Assembly (NCBI GenBank): GCA_030696105.1
Contig: JAUYNJ010000005.1
Location: 13,678 to 77,677, forward strand
Origin: a bacterium
GTDB lineage: Bacteria > Patescibacteriota > Patescibacteriia > Patescibacteriales > UBA12465
DNA: 64,000 nucleotides
Direction of reading: 5' to 3'
Under the pieces are notes generated by a model. It saw only the letters and a program-made list of their open reading frames with translations. It was not told where the DNA came from and searched no databases. Position 1 is the stretch's first letter, and the number at the start of each line of letters is the position of its first letter. Made by a program: the position numbers and the translations under genes. Below, in pieces: positions 47,978 through 57,474 of this stretch.

Positions 47978-48088
47978 ATGCTATTTTTTTATTTCGAATT
48001 GTTCTATAATATTTCTGTAAATCAATAATTTAAGAAACAGCAAAAAACGAGCGCCTGTTTTAAGGTCTTTTTTATTTTGCCGCAATTT

Positions 48089-49123
48089 ATGTCCACAAGA
48101 ATAATCGCCACAATCGGGCCCAAGAGTGAGTCCCCAGAAAATTTATTAGCTTTGTTTAAGGCTGGGGTAGATATGGTCAGAATTAATTTCTCGCACGCTA
48201 GCTATGAGCAGTATAAGCGCATCCAAAAGTTTATTAATGCTTATAATGCCGAGTCAGAGCAGCATCATGTTTGTTTAATGCTAGACCTTCAGGGGCCACG
48301 TATTCGTGTGGGGCAAATGCCCGAAGACGGTATCTTAATGGTTGAAAATGAAATCTATCGTTTCGCATATCAAAAAAAAGCTTACGAGAAAAAAGGTGAT
48401 ATCATTCCAATTGATAGTATTGATTTATATAAGGATATAAAAAAGAAGGAAGCGCTTTTCTTATGTAATGGCGCCATTGAGCTGATAGTACTGGAAGTAA
48501 AAAATAAAGTAATTACCGCGCAGGTTGTAAACGGCGGCGTTTTAAGTACTCGTAAAGGTATTAATGTCCCTAACACCCACATTCGTAAAGGAGGAATGAC
48601 GGCTAAGGATATTAAGGATGTAAAATTCGGCATTAAAGCAGGTATGGATTATATTGCTCTTTCCTTCGTGCAGACAGGCGATGATGTTTTGCGCTTACGC
48701 CGCATGTTGGGTAAGAAAAGTAAAGTAAAAATTATTTCCAAGATTGAACGCGGTATTGCCTTAAAGAATATTGACCGCATAATTTCCGCTTCAGATGCTA
48801 TTATGGTGGCAAGAGGCGACCTCGGTATTGAAGTGCCGATTGAAGATTTACCGATTGTGCAAAAAAATCTCGTACGCCATGCTCATTGGCATAATCGACC
48901 AGCAATTATTGCTACGCAAATTATGACTTCGATGATAAAAAACCCGCATCCTACTCGGGCTGAAATTTCTGATATTGCTAATGCTGTTTTTGACGGCGCC
49001 GATATGGTAATGCTATCAGACGAGACGACGGTTGGCGACTATCCAATTGAAGCTGTGCGACTTTTAAGAAAAGTAATTTCACGTACTGAGAAACATATCT
49101 ATAAAGACAATATTATTAACTAA
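48089..49123 (+). CDS. pyk: Pyruvate kinase (short, lacking the C-terminal alpha/beta domain)
   Basis: IIATIGP, RINFSH, DLQGPRIR, KIE, MVARGDLG, ATQ, PTRAE, MLSDET; ATG at 48089. Confidence 0.92.
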   Translation: MSTRIIATIGPKSESPENLLALFKAGVDMVRINFSHASYEQYKRIQKFINAYNAESEQHHVCLMLDLQGPRIRVGQMPEDGILMVENEIYRFAYQKKAYEKKGDIIPIDSIDLYKDIKKKEALFLCNGAIELIVLEVKNKVITAQVVNGGVLSTRKGINVPNTHIRKGGMTAKDIKDVKFGIKAGMDYIALSFVQTGDDVLRLRRMLGKKSKVKIISKIERGIALKNIDRIISASDAIMVARGDLGIEVPIEDLPIVQKNLVRHAHWHNRPAIIATQIMTSMIKNPHPTRAEISDIANAVFDGADMVMLSDETTVGDYPIEAVRLLRKVISRTEKHIYKDNIIN

Positions 49124-49131
49124 GCAATCAT

Positions 49132-50421
49132 ATGAAGATTAAATCAATTAAGGCCTTAGAAATTCTTGATTCAAGAGGTAATCCTACGGTGACTGCCAAG
49201 GTTGTCTTAGAGAATGGGGCGATGGGGCAGGCAGCGGTGCCATCAGGCGCCTCGACCGGTAGTTACGAGGCAGTTGAGCTGCGCGATGGTGACAAGGGTC
49301 GCTATCATGGCGCTGGCGTCTTAAAAGCAATTGAAAATATCGAAAAGGTGATTGCCCCTAGTCTAATTGGTATGGAGGCAGAGAATCAAGATGCTATTGA
49401 CGCCAAAATGATTGAAATTGACGGCACTGAAAATAAAGCGAAGCTTGGCGCTAATGCTATTTTAGCGGTGTCGCTCGCAGTTTCAAGAGCGGCAGCTTCA
49501 GCTGCTGGCGTGCCTTTGTATCAGTATTTAAGTAAGCTCAACCCTGATTTTAAAGGCAAATATGTGCTGCCGGTACCAATGATGAATGTATTAAACGGCG
49601 GCAAACACGCCGACTGGGCAACTGACATTCAAGAATACATGATTTTACCTACTGGTGCCAAAGATTTTGCGGCCGCTGTTAGAATGTGCGCCGAAATTTA
49701 TCAGTCACTGAAGAAAATTTTAAAATCAAAGAAGTATGCTATTAGCGTAGGTGATGAGGGCGGCTTTGCGCCAGCTTTCAAAGATAACGAAGAACCTTTT
49801 CAGGTTTTAGCTGAAGCGGCTTTTGAGGCTGGGTATAAAGTTGGCACTGATTTAGTCTTTGGTATTGATGCGGCTGCGACTGAGTTTTTCAATGATGGCT
49901 CTTATCATTTAAATAAAGAAGGCAAGACTCTCACTAGCTCCGAGTTAATTGCTTTTTATGATGACTTAACAAAGCGTCACGCCTTAGTATCATTTGAAGA
50001 TATCTTGGCGGAAGATGATTGGCAGGGTTTTGCTGATTTCACTGCAGCCTTCGCACCTTCATGCCAAATAGTTGGCGATGATTTGTTTGTAACGAATGTG
50101 TCACGTTTAGAGCGGGGTATCAGCGAAAAAAGTTGCAATTCAATTTTAATCAAACTTAATCAGATTGGCACGATTTCAGAAACGGTAGCAGCAATTTTAC
50201 TTGCACGGAAAAATGGCATGACATCAGTTATCTCGCATCGCAGTGGTGAAACCGAAGATACGTTCATTGCTGATTTCGTGGTGGCGATGGGCACGGGGCA
50301 AATTAAGACAGGTGCTCCATGCCGCAGTGAACGCACCGCTAAATATAATCGTTTACTGGAAATAGAGCAGGAGCTTGGCGATCAAGCTAGTTACTACCAG
50401 TTTCCCTTTGCTGGTCGATAG
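49132..50421 (+). CDS. eno: Enolase
   Basis: EILDSRGNPT, PSGASTG, GDEGGFAP, VGDDLFVTN, SHRSGETED. Confidence 0.97.
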   Translation: MKIKSIKALEILDSRGNPTVTAKVVLENGAMGQAAVPSGASTGSYEAVELRDGDKGRYHGAGVLKAIENIEKVIAPSLIGMEAENQDAIDAKMIEIDGTENKAKLGANAILAVSLAVSRAAASAAGVPLYQYLSKLNPDFKGKYVLPVPMMNVLNGGKHADWATDIQEYMILPTGAKDFAAAVRMCAEIYQSLKKILKSKKYAISVGDEGGFAPAFKDNEEPFQVLAEAAFEAGYKVGTDLVFGIDAAATEFFNDGSYHLNKEGKTLTSSELIAFYDDLTKRHALVSFEDILAEDDWQGFADFTAAFAPSCQIVGDDLFVTNVSRLERGISEKSCNSILIKLNQIGTISETVAAILLARKNGMTSVISHRSGETEDTFIADFVVAMGTGQIKTGAPCRSERTAKYNRLLEIEQELGDQASYYQFPFAGR

Positions 50422-50433
50422 AACTTCTTTTTT

Positions 50434-50454
50434 AGCGCCCTTCGGGGCGCTTTT
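50434..50454 (+). terminator. Intrinsic terminator after eno
   Basis: AGCGCCC-TTCG-GGGCGCT-TTT. Confidence 0.7.
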
Positions 50455-50491
50455 ACGTAGATTAATTTGAAGAAATTGATTGAAACACCAT

Positions 50492-51598
50492 ATGAAATAC
50501 ATTTATATTATTTTAAATATTAGCTCCGCCCTGTTTATCCATTTTTTGCTTTATTCTGTTTGGATATATTTTTATCATATCGATAATATTTATTTACAGA
50601 TGACTTTAGGGGCTCTACTGTTTCTTAGTGTAGTGCTAACAGTTTTAGCGCCGACTTTAGTGCATTTGTATGATAGTATCGTTAGTCGCGCCCTTTATCT
50701 TGTTATTGCTTTGTGGTGGGGACTAATGTTAAATATCGCTTTGGTGGCTGGAGCGTTGTTTTTACTTGAGGGCCTTGGTATTGTGTTCTCTTTTTCTTTG
50801 TCTGACTCTATTCGGGTAATTGCCATCGGGATAGTGCCATTGTTAATGCTACTGCCTGAAGCTTGGGCAGCACAGAGCCATAAGATTATCCGTGCCACCG
50901 TTAAAATAAAAGATTTGCCGGCAGCCTGGGCGGGGAAGGAAGTGGTTCATATTTCCGATGTTCATCTCGGTCCAATTTGGAGACAACGTTTCTATGATAA
51001 TTTAGTTGCGAAAATTAACAGCTTAAATCCGGCCGCGGTCTTTATATCGGGCGATCTGTTTGATGGTATGGAGACAGATTTTTCCTGGTTTCGTAAGCGT
51101 ATAATTAATACCAGCTACGGCGTGTATTATGCGCTTGGTAATCACGACTTAAATTTAGGCGCTAATCGTGTTAGGTCTCTGCTTGCTGACTCGGGTATTG
51201 AGATTTTGGAAAATAATCTAAAGGAAGTTGAGGGCTTGCAGATTCTAGGCTTAACCTGCTACTATGAAGGCCGACTTGATGTTAAGGGAAAGATTTTGGA
51301 AAGTGTCGGTTATGATGACAAAAAGCCAAGTATTATGCTCTATCATGAGCCAAAAGATACGGACGCAGCCGCTGCTGCGGGCATTGATTTGCAGCTTTCG
51401 GGACATACCCACGCCGGCCAAATGTTCCCTTTAAATTTAGTATCAAAACTATTGTACAGCGGTTTTCAGGTCGGTGTGCATAACTTAAATGGATTTACCA
51501 TCTCGCATACTGCCGGCGCAGGCACCTGGGGTCCGCCATTGAGGCTCGGTCGGCGCTCAGAAATAGTTTTATTGAAACTAGAGCCAGCGGTTAAATAA
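50492..51598 (+). CDS. Membrane-anchored calcineurin-like metallophosphoesterase (YkuE/YaeI-like)
   Basis: N-terminal TM helices; SDVH, GDLFD, GNHD, HEP, SGHTHAGQ, GTWGPPLR. Confidence 0.88.
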   Translation: MKYIYIILNISSALFIHFLLYSVWIYFYHIDNIYLQMTLGALLFLSVVLTVLAPTLVHLYDSIVSRALYLVIALWWGLMLNIALVAGALFLLEGLGIVFSFSLSDSIRVIAIGIVPLLMLLPEAWAAQSHKIIRATVKIKDLPAAWAGKEVVHISDVHLGPIWRQRFYDNLVAKINSLNPAAVFISGDLFDGMETDFSWFRKRIINTSYGVYYALGNHDLNLGANRVRSLLADSGIEILENNLKEVEGLQILGLTCYYEGRLDVKGKILESVGYDDKKPSIMLYHEPKDTDAAAAAGIDLQLSGHTHAGQMFPLNLVSKLLYSGFQVGVHNLNGFTISHTAGAGTWGPPLRLGRRSEIVLLKLEPAVK

Positions 51599-51606
51599 TA
51601 ACAAAT

Positions 51607-52617
51607 ATGGACTTATCAAAATTATCACAAATACTGCAAACAGAACCGAAATTTAGGTTTAAGCAGGCATATCAGGCATTGTATCAAGACTTAGTTGAGA
51701 GCTGGTCAGACGTTAGTGTGCTGCCTCTATCTCTGCGTGAGCGTCTTGATGAAGAATGCCCTTTAGAGATTCGGGCCGACTTAACTGTCAGTAGTAAAAA
51801 AACAGAGAAAGCTCTGATTACTTTTGAAGACGATGTCTCAGTTGAGACAGTGTTAATGCGTCACCGTGATGGCCGCAATACCGTTTGTGTTTCTTCACAG
51901 GCAGGCTGTCCCTTGGGCTGTACTTTTTGTGCAACCGGTGCTGCTGGCTTTACTCGCAATTTAAGTGCTGAAGAAATTGTTGAACAATATTTTTTCTGGG
52001 CACGCCGACTTAAGCATTTAGAAGAGGATGCTAAGATTGATAATGTAGTATTTATGGGCATGGGCGAGCCATTTCTTAACTACGATGAATTTATAAAAGC
52101 CGCTAAAACTTTAAATGACGCTGAGAAGTTTAATCTCGGTGCTCGTCGTTTATCTGTATCGACGGCCGGCATTGTTGAAGGGATAAAGAAGCTGGCTGCT
52201 GAAAAAATTCAGATGAACCTAGCGGTTTCTTTACACGCACCACTTGATTCGCTGCGTGAACAGTTGATGCCTATAGGTAAGAAATATCCCATTCCAGTTC
52301 TAATGCGGGCGGTTGATGATTATATTCGCAAAACGGGACGTCGTGTTATGTTTGAATATGTAATGATTAAAAATATAAATGACGGGGAAGATGATGCCGC
52401 GACTCTTATTAGTTTAATGAAAAAACCTTTGCACCTCGTAAATTTAATTCCATATAACGCTACCGGTAAATTTCAACCCTCATCTCCTGCTAGGATTAAA
52501 GCCTTTCGTGAGAAGCTGGAAGAGGCTAGTGTGGCCGTTACCGAGCGTCTCAGTCAGGGAAGAGATATTGACGGTGCCTGCGGGCAGCTTGCTGGTAGCA
52601 AAAAGGTGAACAAATAA
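51607..52617 (+). CDS. rlmN: 23S rRNA m2A2503/tRNA radical SAM methyltransferase
   Basis: CVSSQAGCPLGCTFCATG, MGMGEP, SLHAP, GACGQL. Confidence 0.95.
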   Translation: MDLSKLSQILQTEPKFRFKQAYQALYQDLVESWSDVSVLPLSLRERLDEECPLEIRADLTVSSKKTEKALITFEDDVSVETVLMRHRDGRNTVCVSSQAGCPLGCTFCATGAAGFTRNLSAEEIVEQYFFWARRLKHLEEDAKIDNVVFMGMGEPFLNYDEFIKAAKTLNDAEKFNLGARRLSVSTAGIVEGIKKLAAEKIQMNLAVSLHAPLDSLREQLMPIGKKYPIPVLMRAVDDYIRKTGRRVMFEYVMIKNINDGEDDAATLISLMKKPLHLVNLIPYNATGKFQPSSPARIKAFREKLEEASVAVTERLSQGRDIDGACGQLAGSKKVNK

Positions 52618-52624
52618 TTTGACC

Positions 52625-52659
52625 AAAAAAAGCCGCTATTATTGATTAATAGCGGTTTT
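52625..52659. terminator. Bidirectional terminator between rlmN and an opposing orphan gene
   Basis: A7-GCCGCTATTA...TAATAGCGGTTTT. Confidence 0.75.
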
Positions 52660-52660
52660 G

Positions 52661-53608
52661 TTATGTCGTCGTCAGTTCCTTTATTTTTTCTCTCAGGAAT
52701 CGACTGACGTAGCGATGGCGGCCGGTACCAACGAATTCATCGTTTGGTATTGGTGGGCCGTTTGCATCGTGAGAGATAATCCAAGCTTCCTCTTCCTCTA
52801 TAAATCTGTATTCACAGTTTTTTTCGGGGAGGTCAAAGAATTGCCTGATATCAAGTCGATTATCTTTCGAGCCAATCCAGGTGTATTCGCGATTATTAGC
52901 TCGATACTGCAGAATGGAGAGATATGGATAGTACTCCTTAGTCATCCTTTTCAATTCATCGAGGTCGAGCCAGGGCGATACATTGGCGAGATAAGCATAC
53001 GCGACTTCCCGGTAAGGGATGCTGAAGACCTTGTGATCGCAACTGATACGTCCAAAGGCCGTCTTCGTCGTTTCGCTGACTCGTTCGCGGTAAATTGCGA
53101 GCAGGTCAATTTCAGCGTAGCTTTTTACGCCAGCGATTTCATGCGCGATAGCTTCCAGTGTTTTATAGTAAAACAAAGGATCATCGGTATTGTTCGCCTT
53201 AACACTTGCTGAATGCAGAGCGTAGGCATAGCGCTTGATAGAGATGTCTTTTGGGTGTCCTTGTTTTAAGGATGCGATGTTTTCAAAGACGTCATCAATA
53301 TCAAGCAAGTGTTTCCAGATTCTATGCGCATAGATGTTATCGCGAAGGATATGGTTGGCGTTACTGTATAAGTCTGTCAGTAAGAACTTACTAACAACTT
53401 TATTACTTATAATCTTTTGATATGAGTTTAAATCCACGAAGGCTGGATTATGCTCGTCGATATCAAGAAGGATTATTTGTGAGCTATTTATGCCCCACAA
53501 CTCACGCATATTTGAGGCGGGATGAAGATTAAAGCCCGCCCTAAGACAGGCCGCAAGCGCATATACTATCGTATAGTCGCTGGGATTGTAGGCAACTGTC
53601 TTTTTCAT
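52661..53608 (-). CDS. Hypothetical protein (315 aa), standalone transcription unit
   Basis: Long ORF with its own consensus promoter and terminator; no confidently recognised family. Confidence 0.7.
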   Translation of the reverse strand: MKKTVAYNPSDYTIVYALAACLRAGFNLHPASNMRELWGINSSQIILLDIDEHNPAFVDLNSYQKIISNKVVSKFLLTDLYSNANHILRDNIYAHRIWKHLLDIDDVFENIASLKQGHPKDISIKRYAYALHSASVKANNTDDPLFYYKTLEAIAHEIAGVKSYAEIDLLAIYRERVSETTKTAFGRISCDHKVFSIPYREVAYAYLANVSPWLDLDELKRMTKEYYPYLSILQYRANNREYTWIGSKDNRLDIRQFFDLPEKNCEYRFIEEEEAWIISHDANGPPIPNDEFVGTGRHRYVSRFLREKIKELTTT

Positions 53609-53637
53609 GATTTTATTTTTTGAAATGAACTGGCCGT

Positions 53638-53666
53638 ATTATAACATTTTTTTTAGCAACTGTCAA
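53638..53666 (-). promoter_or_regulatory. Consensus sigma70 promoter of the orphan gene
   Basis: Minus strand TTGACA (53666-53661), 17 bp, TATAAT (53643-53638) with extended -10 TG. Confidence 0.75.
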
Positions 53667-53795
53667 AGGTATTTAGCTGTTCAAATTATGACTAAGATTA
53701 AGAACAATTAACATATAGCGGGATTTAATAACGATTAGGCGAAAGGCTAAAAATTTGCTATAATATATAGGCATTTATTATTAATTTCTCATTAT

Positions 53796-54392
53796 ATGTT
53801 CACTTTAAAATCATTACCATACGCGGCGGATGCTCTTGCACCCCATATCTCCGCTCGTACTATGAATTTACATCATGGCAAACACCTCCAAACTTATGTC
53901 GACAACCTTAATAAGTTAATTGAAGGCACAGATTTCGAAAAAATGGAGTTAGAAGAAATTATTCGGAAGACACACAACAAGGAAGATTTGGTTTCAATAT
54001 TTAATAACGCTGGTCAGGTTTATAATCATAATTTTTTTTGGGATAGTTTACGACCCGCTCAGGCAGAGAACAGTATGCCCGTTGAATTGACGGCACAGAT
54101 TGAACGGGACTTCGGCTCTATAGAAAAAATGGCTGAACAGTTTAAGGCCCTGGCTTTGAGTCAGTTTGGCAGTGGCTGGGCTTGGCTTGTGACCGATGGT
54201 GATAGACTTAAGGTGATGAAAACAGCTAACGGTGAGCCAGTGTTTCTGCGAGGCGTTAAGCCACTACTCGCGCTTGATGTGTGGGAACATTCATACTATG
54301 TTGATTATGAAAATCGACGCGGCGAATATATTGACGCTGTCTTAAATCATTTATTTAATTGGGACTTTGCTGCCCATAACGCTATACTCTAA
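53796..54392 (+). CDS. sodB: Superoxide dismutase, probably Fe-type
   Basis: HHGKH, FNNAGQVYNH (Gln as in Fe-SODs), FGSGWAWL, DVWEHSYY. Confidence 0.85.
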   Translation: MFTLKSLPYAADALAPHISARTMNLHHGKHLQTYVDNLNKLIEGTDFEKMELEEIIRKTHNKEDLVSIFNNAGQVYNHNFFWDSLRPAQAENSMPVELTAQIERDFGSIEKMAEQFKALALSQFGSGWAWLVTDGDRLKVMKTANGEPVFLRGVKPLLALDVWEHSYYVDYENRRGEYIDAVLNHLFNWDFAAHNAIL

Positions 54393-55066
54393 TGCCTACA
54401 AAAAATCCTTACGCTCGTGTCCAGCCAAAGACACGAGAGCCTTATACTATTGTCTATCTTATTCGACACGCCAATCCTGAATACAGTTTAGAAAAGAAGC
54501 TGGGGGACGCCTTAATGCCTCTTTCAAGTGATGGTCGTTTACAGGCAAAGTCTTTGGCATCTCGTCTGAGTCGCTTAAAAATAAACGTTGCTTACTCTAG
54601 TGCAATCGCTCGCGCACAAGAAACAGCAGCCTTCTTTGCTAATAAGCGAAAGATGGATATTATCGTTGATCCGCGCTTAAATGAGATTAACTGGAAGGAT
54701 TGGCGTCGTGTTAAATATTTTAGAACTTCGGAAGAAAGACGAAAGCAACTCTTACCTGAATATAGAGTGCTCGATAAACAGCTCGATATTATGCAGGCGA
54801 AAACTCGCCGCATTTTGGCTGATATTTTTGCACAACATAAGGGCGAGACTGTTGCCTTATTTTGTCACGGCAACATCATCAAGACTTTTCTTACAAGTAT
54901 TATGAATGCTGATGTGCTTGGTTTTTTGTCTTTAGAAATCTTTCAAGGCTCAATTAGCAAGCTCGTTATTGATCGCGACGGTTACGTTAAAATTAGTTTT
55001 ATAAACGACGCACATCACCTTCCTTCTTATCCGCAAGAAGATATATTTATCACGCTGAGAGATTAA
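54392..55066 (+). CDS. Histidine phosphatase superfamily protein
   Basis: YLIRHA, LSxxGRxQA, SSxxxRAxETA, LNE, FCHG. Confidence 0.85.
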   Translation: MPTKNPYARVQPKTREPYTIVYLIRHANPEYSLEKKLGDALMPLSSDGRLQAKSLASRLSRLKINVAYSSAIARAQETAAFFANKRKMDIIVDPRLNEINWKDWRRVKYFRTSEERRKQLLPEYRVLDKQLDIMQAKTRRILADIFAQHKGETVALFCHGNIIKTFLTSIMNADVLGFLSLEIFQGSISKLVIDRDGYVKISFINDAHHLPSYPQEDIFITLRD

Positions 55067-55072
55067 AATCTT

Positions 55073-56539
55073 ATGTTGAAAAAAATATACAAATTTAAGA
55101 CCATCTTACTGCTAGCGCTTATTTTAGCGACGGCATGGCCTTTATCGTCAGCTAAGGCGGAAACAATCGCTACTCGCTTATCCGGCAGGATATTACTACA
55201 AGTGCAGGCTAATGGCGAGGCTTGGTATGTGAACCCGCTTGATGCTAAGAGATATTTTTTAGGAAGGCCGCAAGACGCCTTCAATTTGATGCGTCAATTA
55301 GGTCTCGGTATTAGTGAGAGTAATTATCAAAGTTTCGCTGTTGCTTCCGCACCGAAGTTCAAGGGCCGCATTCTTTTACGCGTCCAGGCGAATGGTGAGG
55401 CGTATTACGTTGACCCTATGACAGCTAAGTTGTCCTATCTTGGTCGCCCAACGGACGCCTTTGCTTTAATGCGTCAAAAGGGCCTAGGTATCACTAACTC
55501 CGATTTAAACTTGATTCCCTTGGCTGGAACTGCAACTACCGTTACGGCGCCGCTTGAGAAAGACTTTAATTGGCGCTTTGATAATCAAGCTCAATCGCTT
55601 GACTATGCGCTCGATGCCAAGCTGTATGCGGCTTATAGCAGTAGCCCTAAGGTATTTACATATTATGTTGGACAAGAGCCACTTGACGCGCGTGATTCAT
55701 TTTACAGCATGTTTTTGAAGCTGCGCACCGAAGACAATCAAACCTTGGCAGTGCTCGGCGAACTAAAAAAACAAGCCGCCGCTCGCGGCTTCACAGCTGA
55801 TCAAACCGTCGCCTTTGCAATGTCATTTATTCAGTACCTCGAATATGATCGTGCCAAACTAGATTCCGGCAAGAATGTTCCGTACTATCCTTTTGAGACT
55901 TTATATTTACAAAAAGGTATTTGTGCTGACACCACCTTTTTATCCGTATTATGGCTACGAAATCTTGGTTACGGCGCTGCCATTTTAGATTTCCCAGATA
56001 GTAATCACTCAGCAGCTGGCATAGCTTGTCCGACTGAGGATTCTTTAAATGGATCCGGCTACTGTTATATAGAAACCACAAACTATTTCCCAGTTGGGGT
56101 TGTGCCACCATCAATTACTGACGGTCAAGCGACAACTGCCGAGGCTAATCTGTTAAATCTTTTCGATGCTTCAAGGCTAGGGAAGATGGAGATCAAGCAG
56201 GCAACGACCGGCAAAATCTATCAGGGAGTAAAAGCAGTGAAAGCAGAAGCAGCCGCTCTTTCGGCAATGAAGGTAAATCTTAATTTATCATCAGCTAACT
56301 TGAAAAATATGGAAGCCGCCCTCAGCGCTTCGTATCAAAATTTGAAGGAGCAGGAGGCGATATTAAGCGCCTATAAAAGCAGTGGTGACATTCAGTCCTA
56401 TAATAATGCTGTCCCTGGATACAATGCCGCTGTTAGTGCGTATCAAGCTGAGGTTAACGCCTACGAACAGGCTTATTCGATGCATAATCAACAAGTTAGT
56501 GCATATAATACAAGATATCGTCAGTTTTATCAGCAGTAA
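55073..56539 (+). CDS. Secreted protein: two GRILL repeats + transglutaminase-like domain + coiled-coil tail
   Basis: Signal peptide (AKA), repeats with 60-aa period, GICAD..HSAAGI..YIETT putative Cys-His-acid triad. Confidence 0.7.
   Translation: MLKKIYKFKTILLLALILATAWPLSSAKAETIATRLSGRILLQVQANGEAWYVNPLDAKRYFLGRPQDAFNLMRQLGLGISESNYQSFAVASAPKFKGRILLRVQANGEAYYVDPMTAKLSYLGRPTDAFALMRQKGLGITNSDLNLIPLAGTATTVTAPLEKDFNWRFDNQAQSLDYALDAKLYAAYSSSPKVFTYYVGQEPLDARDSFYSMFLKLRTEDNQTLAVLGELKKQAAARGFTADQTVAFAMSFIQYLEYDRAKLDSGKNVPYYPFETLYLQKGICADTTFLSVLWLRNLGYGAAILDFPDSNHSAAGIACPTEDSLNGSGYCYIETTNYFPVGVVPPSITDGQATTAEANLLNLFDASRLGKMEIKQATTGKIYQGVKAVKAEAAALSAMKVNLNLSSANLKNMEAALSASYQNLKEQEAILSAYKSSGDIQSYNNAVPGYNAAVSAYQAEVNAYEQAYSMHNQQVSAYNTRYRQFYQQ
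55178..55507 (+). repeat. Two tandem ~50-aa protein repeats (GRILLxVQANGEAxYVxP..YLGRPxDAFxLMRQxGLGI)
   Basis: aa 36-85 and aa 96-145 of the 488-aa ORF align without gaps. Confidence 0.85.
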
Positions 56540-56576
56540 TTGTCTATAATTAGCCAATATATTTTGTTTTTCGTGC

Positions 56577-56768
56577 TTGACATCCCTAAATATATGGGCT
56601 ATTATTACATTTGTTGAGGTTTTCCTCTGGATACGCCTCTTTTTATTAAACAATTTATTAATTAACACGTCACGCCCGCTCAATTTTTCTTGGTTTATAT
56701 CACGAACAAAGGATATAAATTAAGCGGACGGAAGCCCTCCGTTTATACGCAGGGGACAAAGAAAATCT
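56577..56768 (+). promoter_or_regulatory. rpsB promoter and long structured leader
   Basis: TTGACA (56577), 17 bp, TATTAT (56600); ~155-nt leader with a 14-bp helix 56673-56686/56717-56730 (2 mismatches). Confidence 0.6.
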
Positions 56769-57464
56769 ATGGTAAAATTACCCAGTTTAGAGGAGATGTT
56801 AAAAGCCGGCATGCACTTCGGTCACCGCACTAATCGCTGGCACCCGAAGATGAAGCCTTACATTTTTGGCGCCAAAAACGGTATTTATGTAATCGATTTG
56901 GAAAAGAGTAATCAAATGCTTGAAGTGGCTTTAAATTTCATGAGCCAGCTGATTAAAGAAGGTAAGTCAATTTTATTCGTTGGTACAAAGAGTCAGGTTA
57001 AGGCCCCAATGAAGAAGATGGCAGAGATGACCGGACAGCCTTACATTGTTGGTAAGTGGCTCGGTGGTTATTTAACTAACTTCACAATTGTAAAGCGCTC
57101 AGTTAAAAAATATCAGGACTTAATTGAAAAACGTGAGTCTGGTAAACTCGATAAATATACAAAAAAAGAACGCCTCGATTTTGATCGCGAAATCAAACGC
57201 CTCGCAGAACGCGTTGGTGGCTTAACTTCTTTAAACAAGATGCCCGACGCTATGTTCGTTTGGGATATTAAGGAAGAAGAAACAGCGGTGGCTGAGGCAC
57301 GCAAGAAAAATATTCCAGTAATCGCTATCTGTGATACCAATGTTAATCCAGAAACGGTTACCTATCCAATCCCAGCCAACGATGACGCCACTAAGACTGT
57401 TAAGCTGATTTTGGAAGTCGTGCAGTCTGCTATCATCGACGCGAAAAAAGATCTTAAAAACTAA
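56769..57464 (+). CDS. rpsB: 30S ribosomal protein S2
   Basis: AGMHFGH..WHPKMKPYI, FVGTK, WLGGYLTNF, DTN..P, PANDD. Confidence 0.97.
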   Translation: MVKLPSLEEMLKAGMHFGHRTNRWHPKMKPYIFGAKNGIYVIDLEKSNQMLEVALNFMSQLIKEGKSILFVGTKSQVKAPMKKMAEMTGQPYIVGKWLGGYLTNFTIVKRSVKKYQDLIEKRESGKLDKYTKKERLDFDREIKRLAERVGGLTSLNKMPDAMFVWDIKEEETAVAEARKKNIPVIAICDTNVNPETVTYPIPANDDATKTVKLILEVVQSAIIDAKKDLKN

Positions 57465-57474
57465 GAAATAAAAT

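Noticed and set aside
52658..53212. 184-aa plus-strand ORF
   Set aside because: Antisense shadow of the 315-aa minus-strand gene, which owns the promoter and terminator
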